From: Flavobacteriales bacterium
GTDB lineage: Bacteria > Bacteroidota > Bacteroidia > Flavobacteriales_C > GCA-002722245
DNA length: 64,000 nucleotides
NCBI GenBank assembly: GCA_002717515.1
Contig: PBEC01000011.1
Coordinates: forward strand, 41,902-105,901
Direction of reading: 5' to 3'
Shown: piece by piece, positions 8,939 through 19,734 of the stretch
How the letters are laid out: the number at the start of each line of letters is the position of its first letter
Position numbering within the stretch: the first letter of the stretch is position 1
Notes under the pieces: generated by a model
The model's database searches: none
What the model was told of the DNA's origin: nothing
Seen by the model: the letters and a program-made list of their open reading frames with translations, nothing else
Program-made: the position numbers and the translations under genes

Positions 8939-11215
8939 ATGCAAAAAGCTTTATTCATTTTGTTGATTTTCCTTCAGGGAATTGTTTTGGGGCAACTTAA
9001 TGTTTCAAACATTAAAGAGCTCGGAATTACTTCTGAGCAAGACCTTCAAAAAATGGGGCTCTCTTCTTCGGAAATAACCGCCTTGAAGCAACAATATTTC
9101 AACGGTGAACTAGAATCAAAAAAAAACATTCCCGACCTTAGTAAAAATGCAGAACTAAACCCCAAAGAGGAAACAAAAATAGTTCTTCCTGTTCCTAATA
9201 TTAAAAAAGAAAAAGAGGACTCTTCAAAAACATTTTACGGAAAAAATATTTTTGTTAACGGATCTGTTCATATTCAGGAAAACAGTGATAGAATAAAGGC
9301 TCCACACAATTATATTTTAGGTTCAGGAGATGTAATAAGTGTTGTAATTTGGGGGACATCTGAATTCAGTGGCACTTTCAAACTTGATGAATATGGAAAC
9401 ATTACACCCTCTCTGGTAGGAAGAATTAGTTTGAAAGGCAAAAAATTCAGTGATGCTCAAAAAATAATTAAATCCGCTTTTGCTCGAGTTTATGATTTAA
9501 GGAACTCTAAAATATCAACAGAAATAAGTTATTCAAAAGTCATAAATGTCAGCATTGTTGGAGAAGTTACTTCACCAGGAACATACAGTATACCGTCCAT
9601 CAATAGTGCGTTTAATTTTTTATCTCTTGCCGGCGGAGTAACAGACCTTGGATCACTAAGAAACATCAAAATCATCCATGCTGACGGTAATGTCGATGAA
9701 TTGGATGTTTACAAATTTTTAAATAAACCTGAAATCCCCGATAACAAATATCTAAACAATGGTGACTTTATTCTGGTTCCAACAATGGGAAATGTTGTTT
9801 CTGCGGAAGGTGTTAAAAGACCTCAACAGTTTGAATTAAAAAGCGATGAAACCCTATCTGATTTTTTAATTTTTGCAGGAGGAGTTTCCCAAAAATGTTT
9901 TGACGGAACAGCTCATATTGAAAGGCTTACAAATGGAGGGGTAAAAATCATTGATGTTGAAAAGAAAGATTTTTCTACTTTCAAACTACAATCTGGAGAT
10001 AAAATATCCTTCTATGAAATTGATGAGTCTGTTTTAAATTCAATTTCAATAAGAGGTTCTGTAGTTTCGCCAGGAAAGTACTCCTACATCCAAAATGAGA
10101 CTTTAAAAAGTTTAGTTGAAAGATCAGGAGGACCCATCACCGCATCATTACTATCCGTTGGTCACATTTATCGACTGAATCAAAACGGAACCAGAGACTT
10201 AATTCGAGTTGATTTGAACAAAATGTTCAACTCAAAAAAACCAAATTCAAGTCCTGTTCTTTTGGCGAATGATATAGTTAATATTTTTGACAGCAGAAAA
10301 CTTGAAGAAAATCACACAATAAGAATTGCAGGTATTGTAAGAAAACCAAACAATTATCCCTACTCAAATAATATGCTTTTAAAAGATCTTATTTTAATCG
10401 CGGGGGGAGTTAAAGAGAATGCAGATTTGACAAAAGTAGATATTGAAAGAGTTGATTTTACAAATGGAGAAAATGGTTACGTTAAGGTCATAGAGGTAGA
10501 TTTAAATACAATGGATGATTTTGAATTAAAGCCATACGACATTGTCAACATAAGGCGTTTACCCGAATTTTCATTTCAACAGGTTGTTTCCATTGTAGGA
10601 GAAGTAAAGTATCCTGGGAATTATTCCATTTCGGGTAAGTCTGAAAATTTATTTAACATTATTGAAAGAGCCGGAGGGGTTACATCAGAGGCATTTCTTG
10701 AAGGAGGTTATATAGAAAGAGAAGAAGACTCTGTTGGACTTGTTGTTATAAAAATTGGTGATTTAATTAAATCACAAAAATCAAAATACAATTACCTAAT
10801 CAAGCCCAAGGATATTATTCACATCCCAAAAGAATCCAATATAGTCAGTATAATGGGGGAAATTGGATATACTGCCCACAGTAAAAACGGAGATACAAAA
10901 ATCAGTTGTCCTTACTCAAAAAATAAACGTGCAGGGCGTTACATACGAAATTACGGAGGTGGATTCGGGAAAAATGCAAAGAAATACAACGTTTATGTTA
11001 TCCGGCAAAACGGGCTGGTTGAGGATAGTAAATTTTTTGGATTGATTAGACCCATTGTTAAAAAAGGCGATGTAATTAAGGTTGAACCAAAAAAACCAAA
11101 AAAACCAAAAACAGAGGAAAATAGAATTGACTGGAATAGAACCATTGAAAGCTTAAGTGTAAAAATAACAGGGTTAGCTACCTTTTGGGTTTTGGCTCAA
11201 CAAATTAATCCTTGA
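8939..11215 (+). CDS. wza: Polysaccharide export protein with multiple SLBB domains (Wza/KpsD-like)
   Basis: Signal peptide, YILGSGDVISVVIWG poly-export motif, repeated GEVxxPGxY and AGG SLBB units. Confidence 0.88.
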   Translation: MQKALFILLIFLQGIVLGQLNVSNIKELGITSEQDLQKMGLSSSEITALKQQYFNGELESKKNIPDLSKNAELNPKEETKIVLPVPNIKKEKEDSSKTFYGKNIFVNGSVHIQENSDRIKAPHNYILGSGDVISVVIWGTSEFSGTFKLDEYGNITPSLVGRISLKGKKFSDAQKIIKSAFARVYDLRNSKISTEISYSKVINVSIVGEVTSPGTYSIPSINSAFNFLSLAGGVTDLGSLRNIKIIHADGNVDELDVYKFLNKPEIPDNKYLNNGDFILVPTMGNVVSAEGVKRPQQFELKSDETLSDFLIFAGGVSQKCFDGTAHIERLTNGGVKIIDVEKKDFSTFKLQSGDKISFYEIDESVLNSISIRGSVVSPGKYSYIQNETLKSLVERSGGPITASLLSVGHIYRLNQNGTRDLIRVDLNKMFNSKKPNSSPVLLANDIVNIFDSRKLEENHTIRIAGIVRKPNNYPYSNNMLLKDLILIAGGVKENADLTKVDIERVDFTNGENGYVKVIEVDLNTMDDFELKPYDIVNIRRLPEFSFQQVVSIVGEVKYPGNYSISGKSENLFNIIERAGGVTSEAFLEGGYIEREEDSVGLVVIKIGDLIKSQKSKYNYLIKPKDIIHIPKESNIVSIMGEIGYTAHSKNGDTKISCPYSKNKRAGRYIRNYGGGFGKNAKKYNVYVIRQNGLVEDSKFFGLIRPIVKKGDVIKVEPKKPKKPKTEENRIDWNRTIESLSVKITGLATFWVLAQQINP

Positions 11216-11219
11216 TAAA

Positions 11220-12275
11220 ATGGATTCACCACAAAAAAAAACTGAAGATAATATCACAGAAGTAGTACTTACACTTTTTCTCTTTTACAAGAAATTTCGA
11301 AGGCAATTCAAATACATATTTTTATTTGGTGTTTTCGGTTTTTTAATTGGAGGTGGAGTCGGTTATTTGAAAAAACCAAAATACCCCTCTACCAGCTCTG
11401 TAATTATCGAAAATCAGTCCTCCGGAGGACTTTCATCTTATCTAAACATTGCTAAATCTTTTGGGTTAAACGACAATACAAGCGGAAATTTATTAACCCC
11501 AGAGAATTTCTCTGAAATTGGAAAATCAAAAAGAATCATATACTCCACTCTTTTGTCTAATGTAGAAATCCAAGGTAAATCCGATAAATTAATTAATCAT
11601 TACTCAAATTTAATTCATCCCATTACAGTTAAAAAAGCAGACGGAACAAAAGACACTATAAAAATAGCAGTAAACGTTCCATTCGAAGGCTCTTTGGTTG
11701 AGGAAAAAATAATGCGGGATTTATTTAACAAAATAGTTAATGAATCTTTGGGGATTAGTGTTTCAAGTGAAAACAGCGTCATTAAAATAAACACAACGTT
11801 CGGTCATGAGGTATTTTCATACGCCTTTGCAAAAACATACTTAGAAACTTTATACAACTATTTTCTAGAAAACATGCTTCACCAAGAAAATGAAATGCTG
11901 TCTCTACTAAGGCAAAAAAAAGACTCTATAGAGAGTGTTTTAACCTACAAGAACAATCGATATGCAGACTTAAGTGACAGAACTATTAATGTGGTTAAAA
12001 CCAGGCAAACAATGGAAAAGCTCGATCTTATGAAAGATATAGAAATACTATCTACAATGCTCGCTACAACTATTCAAAGTCTAGAAATGACCGAATTTTC
12101 TGCTCGAGAAAGTAAAAAAATATTTAAAATAATTGACATGCCTGTTTTACCAATTGCACCCGTAAAAAAGGGAGTCTTTTTTTATGGAATTCTTTATGGA
12201 ATCTTATTCGGGGGAGTAAAGTTTGTTCATATGATTTTAATCAATAAAATCAAAACAGCTCGATTAAGATCATAA
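11220..12275 (+). CDS. wzz: Polysaccharide chain-length determinant (Wzz/PCP family)
   Basis: Two terminal TM helices, central coiled coil, IIDMPVLP before the C-terminal TM; follows wza. Confidence 0.75.
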   Translation: MDSPQKKTEDNITEVVLTLFLFYKKFRRQFKYIFLFGVFGFLIGGGVGYLKKPKYPSTSSVIIENQSSGGLSSYLNIAKSFGLNDNTSGNLLTPENFSEIGKSKRIIYSTLLSNVEIQGKSDKLINHYSNLIHPITVKKADGTKDTIKIAVNVPFEGSLVEEKIMRDLFNKIVNESLGISVSSENSVIKINTTFGHEVFSYAFAKTYLETLYNYFLENMLHQENEMLSLLRQKKDSIESVLTYKNNRYADLSDRTINVVKTRQTMEKLDLMKDIEILSTMLATTIQSLEMTEFSARESKKIFKIIDMPVLPIAPVKKGVFFYGILYGILFGGVKFVHMILINKIKTARLRS

Positions 12276-12299
12276 AAGGTAATTAGAAATTTAAATCCA

Positions 12300-13487
12300 A
12301 TGAATTTACTACAGCTTATCGGGAGAAAAAAAGAATTGTTTAAAAACGACATTGATCGATTAGAAGAGGAAATTTCATCATTGGTTTCTAAATCATCCTT
12401 TCTTGTTTTAGGAGGGGCTGGTTCAATTGGGCAAGCAGTGACTGAGGAAATATTCAAAAGAAATCCAAATAAACTTCATGTTGTAGACATTTCAGAAAAC
12501 AACATGGTTGAACTTGTGCGATCACTACGATCTTCAATGGGTTACATTTCAGGAGAATTTAAAACTTACGCCTTGGATATTGGATCCTTAGAATATGATG
12601 CTTTTATTAAATCGGATGGAAATTATGACTACGTCTTAAATCTATCTGCACTAAAACACGTAAGAAGTGAAAAAGATCCATTTACGTTAATGCGGATGAT
12701 TGATGTAAATGTATTTAATACACAAAAAACCATTCAACAATCCTTGGAGTGTGGAGCAAAAAAATACTTTTGTGTTTCTACCGATAAAGCTGCTAACCCT
12801 GTGAATATGATGGGGGGCTCTAAAAGAATCATGGAGCTTTATTTAATGAAGGAAAGTCAAAACATTAATATTTCTACTGCACGTTTTGCCAACGTTGCCT
12901 TTTCAGATGGATCACTCCTTCATGGGTTTAACATGAGGATTGAAAAAAGACAGCCTATTGTAGCTCCAAATGATATTAGAAGATATTTTGTTGTTCCCAA
13001 GGAAGCGGGAGAGCTTTGTTTAATGTCTTGTTTGTTTGGCGAAAATAGAGACATCTTTTTCCCGAAGTTAAGTGAAGCATTAGATCTTATTTCATTTGCT
13101 GACATCGCTGTTAAATACCTAAAAGAAAAAGGGTATGATCCTCATTTATGTGAGACTGAAGATGAAGCTAGAGAATTAGTAAATACACTACCTCAACAGG
13201 GGAAATGGCCGTGTTTATTTACTAAGAGTGATACCACTGGGGAAAAAGATTTTGAGGAATTCTTTACTGAGAATGAAACTTTAGACCTGAAAAGATTTGA
13301 GAATTTAGGAATAATTAAAAACGAGCTTTCAATTGATCAACATAAGATTGATTTGTTTGATAAGAAAATCGGACAAATGAGATCAGAGGGTTATTGGGAG
13401 AAAGGTCAAATTGTAGACCTTTTTAACAAAATGATTCCTAACTTCAATCATAAAGAAACAGGAAAGTATTTAGACTCTAAAATGTAA
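12300..13487 (+). CDS. NDP-N-acetylglucosamine 4,6-dehydratase (LegB/LgaA-like)
   Basis: GGAGSIG, SALKHVRSEKDP, STDKAANPVNMMGGSK, ARFANVAFSDGSL. Confidence 0.9.
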   Translation: MNLLQLIGRKKELFKNDIDRLEEEISSLVSKSSFLVLGGAGSIGQAVTEEIFKRNPNKLHVVDISENNMVELVRSLRSSMGYISGEFKTYALDIGSLEYDAFIKSDGNYDYVLNLSALKHVRSEKDPFTLMRMIDVNVFNTQKTIQQSLECGAKKYFCVSTDKAANPVNMMGGSKRIMELYLMKESQNINISTARFANVAFSDGSLLHGFNMRIEKRQPIVAPNDIRRYFVVPKEAGELCLMSCLFGENRDIFFPKLSEALDLISFADIAVKYLKEKGYDPHLCETEDEARELVNTLPQQGKWPCLFTKSDTTGEKDFEEFFTENETLDLKRFENLGIIKNELSIDQHKIDLFDKKIGQMRSEGYWEKGQIVDLFNKMIPNFNHKETGKYLDSKM

Positions 13488-13492
13488 GATTG

Positions 13493-14644
13493 ATGCTGAA
13501 AGAGGGTTTTATTCGTAATACAATTGACTTTATAAGAAAGGAGTTTAATACTTCGGAATTCATCCCTCTGCATGAACCTATATTTAATGGAAATGAAAAA
13601 AAATACATTACCGAATGTATAGATTCTACTTTTGTTTCAAGCGTTGGGAAATTTGTAGATGAATTCGAGATTAAACTTGCAGAATTTATAGGAGTAAAAA
13701 AAGCCATTGTTTGTGTAAATGGAACAAACTCTTTACACCTGGGGTTGGAGCTTGTTGGGGTTAAGGCTAATGATGAAGTTTTAACTCAACCTTTAACATT
13801 CATTGCTACCACTAACGCAATTACTTACGCAAATGCAATTCCTGTTTTTATTGATGTAGATAAGGACACCATGGGACTTTCTCCTAAATCATTACAGTTG
13901 TTTTTGGATGAAAATGGTGAAATGAGAAATGGTGAATGTTACAATAAAACTTCTGGAAAGAGAATAAAGGCATGTATGCCAATGCACACATTTGGTCATG
14001 CATGTAGAATCGATGAGATTGCCGAGATCTGTTCAAACTATAATATTGACATTGTTGAGGATGCTGCCGAAGCTTTGGGGAGCTATTACAAAGGTAAACA
14101 CTTAGGTTCTTTTGGGAAGATTGGAGCTATAAGCTTCAATGGGAATAAAATAATGACCACGGGAGGTGGAGGTGTTTTGGTTACTGATGATGAAGAGTTA
14201 GCTAAAAGAGCAAAACATTTATCTACGCAGGCAAAGGTTCCTCATGCATGGGAATACAGACATGATGAAATCGGTTACAACTATAGAATGCCAAATATCA
14301 ATGCTGCACTTGGCTTAGCTCAGCTGGAGCAAATGCCAAAATTCATTGAACGCAAGCGCGAATTAGCAAATAAGTACTGTGAGTTCTTTGAAAATTCACC
14401 TGTTAAATTTTTTAACGATGCAGACAATGAAACCTCTAATTATTGGTTAAATGCAGTTTTGTTTGATAATTTTGAAGAAAGAAACTTATTCTTAGAAAAA
14501 ACAAATAATTCTGGAGTTATGACAAGACCAATTTGGCAATTAGTTAGCACAATGCCGATGTTCAGTAATTGTCAGAAAACAGATTTATCCAACGCGACCT
14601 GGCTTGAAGAAAGGGTGGTAAATATTCCGAGTAGTGTCAAATAA
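13493..14644 (+). CDS. legC: LegC-family PLP aminotransferase (DegT/DnrJ)
   Basis: IPLHEP, FVSSVG, EDAAEALGS, SFNGNKIMTTGGGG, GYNYRMPNINAALG. Confidence 0.92.
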   Translation: MLKEGFIRNTIDFIRKEFNTSEFIPLHEPIFNGNEKKYITECIDSTFVSSVGKFVDEFEIKLAEFIGVKKAIVCVNGTNSLHLGLELVGVKANDEVLTQPLTFIATTNAITYANAIPVFIDVDKDTMGLSPKSLQLFLDENGEMRNGECYNKTSGKRIKACMPMHTFGHACRIDEIAEICSNYNIDIVEDAAEALGSYYKGKHLGSFGKIGAISFNGNKIMTTGGGGVLVTDDEELAKRAKHLSTQAKVPHAWEYRHDEIGYNYRMPNINAALGLAQLEQMPKFIERKRELANKYCEFFENSPVKFFNDADNETSNYWLNAVLFDNFEERNLFLEKTNNSGVMTRPIWQLVSTMPMFSNCQKTDLSNATWLEERVVNIPSSVK

Positions 14645-15257
14645 AGATATTGTCATAGTGGGTTATTCAGGTCATGCTTACGTCGTGATAGAAGCGGCTG
14701 AATTATTGGGAAAAAATGTTATTGCTTATACCGATAAAGTTGAAGCAACTAAAAATCCATTTTCGTTAAGCTATTTGGGTTGTGAAACAGATGATAGTTT
14801 CGATTTTGAAAGCAAGAAATACCAATTTGTTTTAGGTTTAGGAGACAACAATCTAAGAGTTAAAGTCGCTAACATGTTGGTGAAAAATAATCAGAATATA
14901 GTTACTCTAATTCATCCAGAAGCCAACGTTTCTTCTCATATTTCAATTGGAGAAGGTGTTTTTGTAGCAAGAGGAGCTTGCGTAAACCCCTTTGTTGAAA
15001 TAGGAAATTATAGCATTTTAAATACCAACTGTTCTATCGATCATGAATGTGAAATTGGCGAAGCTGTTCATATTGCTCCTGGAGCTGTTTTAGCAGGAAG
15101 CGTAAAAGTTGGAGACAGGTCCTTTGTTGGAGCAAACTCTGTAATAAAGCAAGGTGTGACAATAGGTAAAGATGTAATTATCGGAGCTGGAAGTGTTGTT
15201 TTAAAAGACATCCCGAACGATTCAAAAGTTATTGGAAACCCAGGAAGAATATTATGA
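14634..15257 (+). CDS. Sugar acetyltransferase, NeuD/PglD family (hexapeptide repeats)
   Basis: GYSGHAYVV N-terminus, IDHEC and left-handed beta-helix repeats, GNPGR. Confidence 0.88.
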   Translation: MSNKDIVIVGYSGHAYVVIEAAELLGKNVIAYTDKVEATKNPFSLSYLGCETDDSFDFESKKYQFVLGLGDNNLRVKVANMLVKNNQNIVTLIHPEANVSSHISIGEGVFVARGACVNPFVEIGNYSILNTNCSIDHECEIGEAVHIAPGAVLAGSVKVGDRSFVGANSVIKQGVTIGKDVIIGAGSVVLKDIPNDSKVIGNPGRIL

Positions 15258-16264
15258 GTAAAAAAACGATTATAATAGCCGAAGCGGGTGTCAACCATAA
15301 TGGTAATAAGAAGTTAGCTAAAAAGTTAATTGACGCAGCCGCAAACGCGGGAGTCGATTACGTTAAATTTCAGACCTTTAAAGCGGAGAAACTGGTTACC
15401 AAATCGCTTTCAAAAGCCGATTATCAAAAGAACAATACTAGAAATGCAGACTCTCAGTTCAACATGCTTAAAAAGCTGGAATTATCTGAAGCTGATCATG
15501 ATGAATTGAAAAATTATGCTACCAAGAAAGGGGTTTCATTTTTCTCAACCGCTTTTGATTTGGATAGTATCTATTATTTAAAATCGCTCGGACTTGAACA
15601 CGCTAAAATCCCGTCGGGAGAGATTACAAACCTTCCATATTTAAGAGCTATTTCTAAGAATTTCAAAAAAATCATACTGTCAACAGGAATGGCTGAGCTT
15701 TTCGAAATTCAAGACGCATTAAATGCACTTCTTGATGGTGGAACAGATAAAGAAAACATCACTGTTCTACATTGTACAACGGATTACCCAACAGCTATGA
15801 AAGATGTAAATCTTAAAGCTATGCTCCACATTCAAAAAGAACTTGGTGTACAAATCGGGTATTCGGACCATACTTTAGGTATTGAAGTACCTATTGCAGC
15901 TGTAGCTCTAGGGGCGCGAGTGATTGAAAAACACTTTACGTTAAACCGAACAATGGAGGGTCCCGATCACGCCGCTTCTTTAGAGCCAAACGAACTAAAA
16001 GAGATGGTAACGGCTATTCGAAACGTAGAAGTTGCCATATCTGGTAGTGGAGTTAAAGAACCTGCTAAAGCGGAACTAAAAAACAGAACAGTTGCAAGAA
16101 AATCTATAGTTGCAGCCAAAGAAATAAAACAAGGAGATGTTTTAACTGAAGAAAATTTAACTGTTAAAAGATCAGGAAATGGTATTTCTCCAATGAAATG
16201 GGATAAAGTCGTTGGAACAATAGCGAAATCAAACTTTGAACAAGACGAGTTAATCTCATTATAA
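15254..16264 (+). CDS. neuB: Nonulosonic acid synthase (NeuB/LegI)
   Basis: IIAEAGVNHNG, KFQTF, KIPSGEITN, GYSDHTLG, IEKHFTL, GPDH, C-terminal SAF domain. Confidence 0.95.
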   Translation: MSKKTIIIAEAGVNHNGNKKLAKKLIDAAANAGVDYVKFQTFKAEKLVTKSLSKADYQKNNTRNADSQFNMLKKLELSEADHDELKNYATKKGVSFFSTAFDLDSIYYLKSLGLEHAKIPSGEITNLPYLRAISKNFKKIILSTGMAELFEIQDALNALLDGGTDKENITVLHCTTDYPTAMKDVNLKAMLHIQKELGVQIGYSDHTLGIEVPIAAVALGARVIEKHFTLNRTMEGPDHAASLEPNELKEMVTAIRNVEVAISGSGVKEPAKAELKNRTVARKSIVAAKEIKQGDVLTEENLTVKRSGNGISPMKWDKVVGTIAKSNFEQDELISL

Positions 16265-17428
16265 ATGAAAAAAATTAGTGTAGTAACTGGTACCCGTGCC
16301 GAATATGGTTTATTAAAGCCTTTAATTAAGTTGTTAAATGACGATTCGGATTTTGATTTACAGTTGATGGCAACAGCCATGCACTTATCTCCTGAATATG
16401 GAATGACCATCAATGAAATCATTAATGATGGTTTTCCCATTGTTAAAAAAATTGAATGTTTGAATGATACGGATTCTGCCGTTGGTATCTCTAAATCTAT
16501 ATCAGTTGCACTTTCTTCTTTTGCCCTTGCTTTTGAAGAGATAAAACCGGAACTTATAATCATATTGGGTGACCGAACGGAAATGCTTGCTGTTGCAATT
16601 GCTGCATCTATAGCAAACATTCCAATTGCGCATATTCATGGCGGAGAAACAACTGAAGGGGCTTATGATGAAGGAATTCGTCATGCAATAACAAAAATGA
16701 GTTACTATCACTTCACCTCAACAGAGGATTATCAGAACAGAGTTATACAACTTGGCGAAAACCCTTCCAGAGTGTTTAATGTTGGCGCAATTGGATTAGA
16801 CTCCATCAAAACCTTACCTCTTTTATCAAAGGAAGAGTTTGAAAAATCTATTAATTTTAATCTTGGAAAAAAATGTGCGTTAATTACTTATCACCCTGTT
16901 ACACTTGAAGAAGCTACCGCTGCAAATCAATTTAAATCCATCTTAACCTGTTTAGACTCAATTCCGGACTTACGCATGATTTTTACCCATGCCAATTCTG
17001 ATCGAGATGGTAAGATTATTAACCAAATGATTAAAGAGTATGTTAATCAAAACAACGAAAAGGCCGCAGAATTTAAATCTCTTGGTCAATTAAGATACTT
17101 GTCGGCATTGCAATATATTGATGTTGTGGTTGGAAACTCTTCCAGCGGAGTAATTGAAGTCCCTTATTTCAATATTCCTACAATTAACATTGGTGACCGT
17201 CAAAAAGGCCGAGTGGCCCCTGAAAGTGTTTTAAACTGCATGCCAAAAGAAAAAGACATTCTAAATAGTTTGAAAAAAGCCTTAAGTCTTGATTTTCAGG
17301 AGGCTATTCAAAATCAGAACCAACTATATGGAACAGGAAATGCTTCTTTAAAAATCATGAATGTGTTAAAAAAAGATGACGTTGTCAACCTCAAAAAGAG
17401 CTTCTTCGATATTAACTTTAAACTATGA
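16265..17428 (+). CDS. neuC: Hydrolysing NDP-sugar 2-epimerase (NeuC/LegG)
   Basis: VTGTRAEYGLL, LGDRTE, HIHGGE, IRHAITK, GNSSSG, IGDRQKGR. Confidence 0.95.
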   Translation: MKKISVVTGTRAEYGLLKPLIKLLNDDSDFDLQLMATAMHLSPEYGMTINEIINDGFPIVKKIECLNDTDSAVGISKSISVALSSFALAFEEIKPELIIILGDRTEMLAVAIAASIANIPIAHIHGGETTEGAYDEGIRHAITKMSYYHFTSTEDYQNRVIQLGENPSRVFNVGAIGLDSIKTLPLLSKEEFEKSINFNLGKKCALITYHPVTLEEATAANQFKSILTCLDSIPDLRMIFTHANSDRDGKIINQMIKEYVNQNNEKAAEFKSLGQLRYLSALQYIDVVVGNSSSGVIEVPYFNIPTINIGDRQKGRVAPESVLNCMPKEKDILNSLKKALSLDFQEAIQNQNQLYGTGNASLKIMNVLKKDDVVNLKKSFFDINFKL

Positions 17429-18480
17429 ACCTAAGTAACCTTACCATAAATCAAGACGCCACTGTTTTAGATGCATTGGCTATTTTAAATGAGCTCTTGT
17501 ATAAAGAATCGATTAGTAGACTAATCTTATTTGTTACCGATGATGATGATAAAATATTGGGATCACTTACTGATGGTGACATTAGAAGAGCCTTGGTTAA
17601 AAATCACAATTTAAACCAACCACTCTCTGAAATTTGCAATAAAAATTTCCTTCACGCAACAGATTCGGAAGAGTTTTTGGACCTAAAAAAGTACAGAGAG
17701 AAGGATATTAAAATGTTACCTATCCTTACAAAGGAAAGAAAAATTAAAAAAATAATTGACTTAGAAAAGACCAAATCCATGTTGCCCATGGAATGCTTAA
17801 TTATGGCGGGAGGAAGAGGTAAGAGATTAAGCCCTTTAACCGACTCTACACCCAAACCAATGTTGATGCTGGGAAACAAACCAATACTGGAACACAACAT
17901 CGATCGTTTAATTCGTTATGGAATTAAAAAAATATATATTTCTGTTAAATATTTGGGAGAACAAATTGAATCTTACTTCGGTGATGGTTCCAGTAAAGGG
18001 ATTACAATTGAATACATTTGGGAAGAGCAGGCTCTTGGCACAGCCGGAGCGCTATCCCTTGTTGAGCATTTTAACACCGACCATGTTTTGGTAATGAATA
18101 GTGATTTGTTTACCAATATTAATTTCGAAAGCATCTATTTGGATTTGATAAAAAATAATGCTGACATGGCTGTTGCATCAACTGAATATAAGATTGATGT
18201 TCCTTATGCCATTTTTGAAACTGAAGGTAAGCAAGTAAAATCATTCAAAGAGAAACCTAGCTTCGCCTATCATTCAAATGCAGGTGTTTACATCCTAAAA
18301 AAAGAATTAATCCAAAAAGTTCCTGAAAATCAATTTTACGATATAACGGATTTAATGAGCGAAATTGTAGACGAAGGAAAGTCATTGATTTTTCACCCAA
18401 TAGTCGGTTTTTGGATCGATATTGGAAGTCCTCTTGACTATTCCCGAGCAAAAGACTTTATAACACATTTAAAAGAATAA
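17425..18480 (+). CDS. CBS-domain nucleotidyltransferase (PtmE/LgaF-like sugar-1-phosphate guanylyltransferase)
   Basis: GSLTDGDIRR CBS pair; MAGGRGKRLSPLT..PKPML, LGTAGAL, WIDIG. Confidence 0.88.
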   Translation: MNLSNLTINQDATVLDALAILNELLYKESISRLILFVTDDDDKILGSLTDGDIRRALVKNHNLNQPLSEICNKNFLHATDSEEFLDLKKYREKDIKMLPILTKERKIKKIIDLEKTKSMLPMECLIMAGGRGKRLSPLTDSTPKPMLMLGNKPILEHNIDRLIRYGIKKIYISVKYLGEQIESYFGDGSSKGITIEYIWEEQALGTAGALSLVEHFNTDHVLVMNSDLFTNINFESIYLDLIKNNADMAVASTEYKIDVPYAIFETEGKQVKSFKEKPSFAYHSNAGVYILKKELIQKVPENQFYDITDLMSEIVDEGKSLIFHPIVGFWIDIGSPLDYSRAKDFITHLKE

Positions 18481-18524
18481 TTAATTTCTTGAACTTTGTT
18501 ACCTACCTCCTTATATAAACTATT

Positions 18525-19733
18525 TTGAAAATATTAGTCTTTACTTCATATCTTACTATTCCCTCTTTAAAAGGTTTTAACAAAAACCAAAGTGGATTCG
18601 GATATATGGTGGCCAATATTACTTTGGGATTAGCAAAAAATAAAAGTTTAAATATCAATGTGTTAACACAATCCAACTTTACTAAGGCTGGTCAACACGA
18701 AAACTTATTTATTTTAAAAAGGAGCTTTACGAAAATGCTCTGCTTTCTCAGGTTTAATTCGATTTACAGCGCTTTAATTGAGCGAAATAAATATAAAAAA
18801 ATAGGTTTTGGAAGGCTTCTTTTGTACAAAATCACCTGCAACTACTTCAACTCAATTTGCACCCAATATGATGTCGTCCATATTCACGGCGTAAGCCCTT
18901 ACACCTTTGATGCCATAGACTATTGTATTAAAAATAAAATAAAAGGCCTTGTCACCATACACGGTATAAATTATCTGAACCGATCCATTGGATTGTCCAC
19001 CCTACAAAAAGAAAAAGAAAAATATTTCATAAAAAAAATCACGGAATCAGAAAATCTTACTCTGTCTGTGATCAGTAATGGAATTAAAAAAAGAGTTATT
19101 GAATCCTTAAATTTGAAACCTAATAACATTGAGTTGATTCCCAACTTCCATGATTTCAACGAGGCAAATGTAGATCGCACTCAAAATATTAAAACAAAAT
19201 ACAACATTCCTAAAAGCTCAAAAATTATTCTTTCGGTAGGGAATTACAGTAGAAATAAAAACCAAAATCAACTTATTGACGCTTTTAACTTACTCAATAA
19301 CAACGACACATACCTAATTCTTGTTGGTACTGGTACAGAAAACTTCTTGAATTCAATTGAAAAAAAGAATTTAAATCAAAGGGTAATTGCATGTGGTCAA
19401 ATCGCAAAAAAGGATTTACCCAATTATTATTTATCCTCTGATGTATTAGCTGTAACTAGTATTTCGGAAGGTTTTGGTCTTCCAATGATAGAAGCTCTGT
19501 TTTTCGGTTTGCCCGTAATAACATTTAAAGATATTGATGCGGTAGAGGATATCTTTGATAATAATAACCTAATGCTTGTTGAAGAACGCACAACAAAATG
19601 TTATGCAAAAGGAATAGAAAAAGCTTTAAATAAGAAATGGGACTCAAAGATGCTTAAAAATAGTGTTCGAAAATTTGATGCGAATACGATACTAAGTCAA
19701 TACCAAAAAACACTAAGAAAATCTAAGACATAA
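18525..19733 (+). CDS. Glycosyltransferase family 4
   Basis: SVGNYSRNKNQ, SISEGFGLPMIEA (ExFGxxxxE); TTG start. Confidence 0.88.
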   Translation: MKILVFTSYLTIPSLKGFNKNQSGFGYMVANITLGLAKNKSLNINVLTQSNFTKAGQHENLFILKRSFTKMLCFLRFNSIYSALIERNKYKKIGFGRLLLYKITCNYFNSICTQYDVVHIHGVSPYTFDAIDYCIKNKIKGLVTIHGINYLNRSIGLSTLQKEKEKYFIKKITESENLTLSVISNGIKKRVIESLNLKPNNIELIPNFHDFNEANVDRTQNIKTKYNIPKSSKIILSVGNYSRNKNQNQLIDAFNLLNNNDTYLILVGTGTENFLNSIEKKNLNQRVIACGQIAKKDLPNYYLSSDVLAVTSISEGFGLPMIEALFFGLPVITFKDIDAVEDIFDNNNLMLVEERTTKCYAKGIEKALNKKWDSKMLKNSVRKFDANTILSQYQKTLRKSKT

Positions 19734-19734
19734 A

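Noticed and set aside
11087..11110. CCAAAAAAA tandem repeat near the end of wza
   Set aside because: 9-nt in-frame unit encoding PKKPKKPK, a low-complexity linker that cannot shift the frame
15967..16620. 217-aa minus-strand ORF over neuB/neuC
   Set aside because: Antisense shadow of two well-conserved genes, with no recognisable motifs; the same applies to the other short antisense ORFs in the track (e.g. 58925-59431, 28463-28882, 49739-50209)
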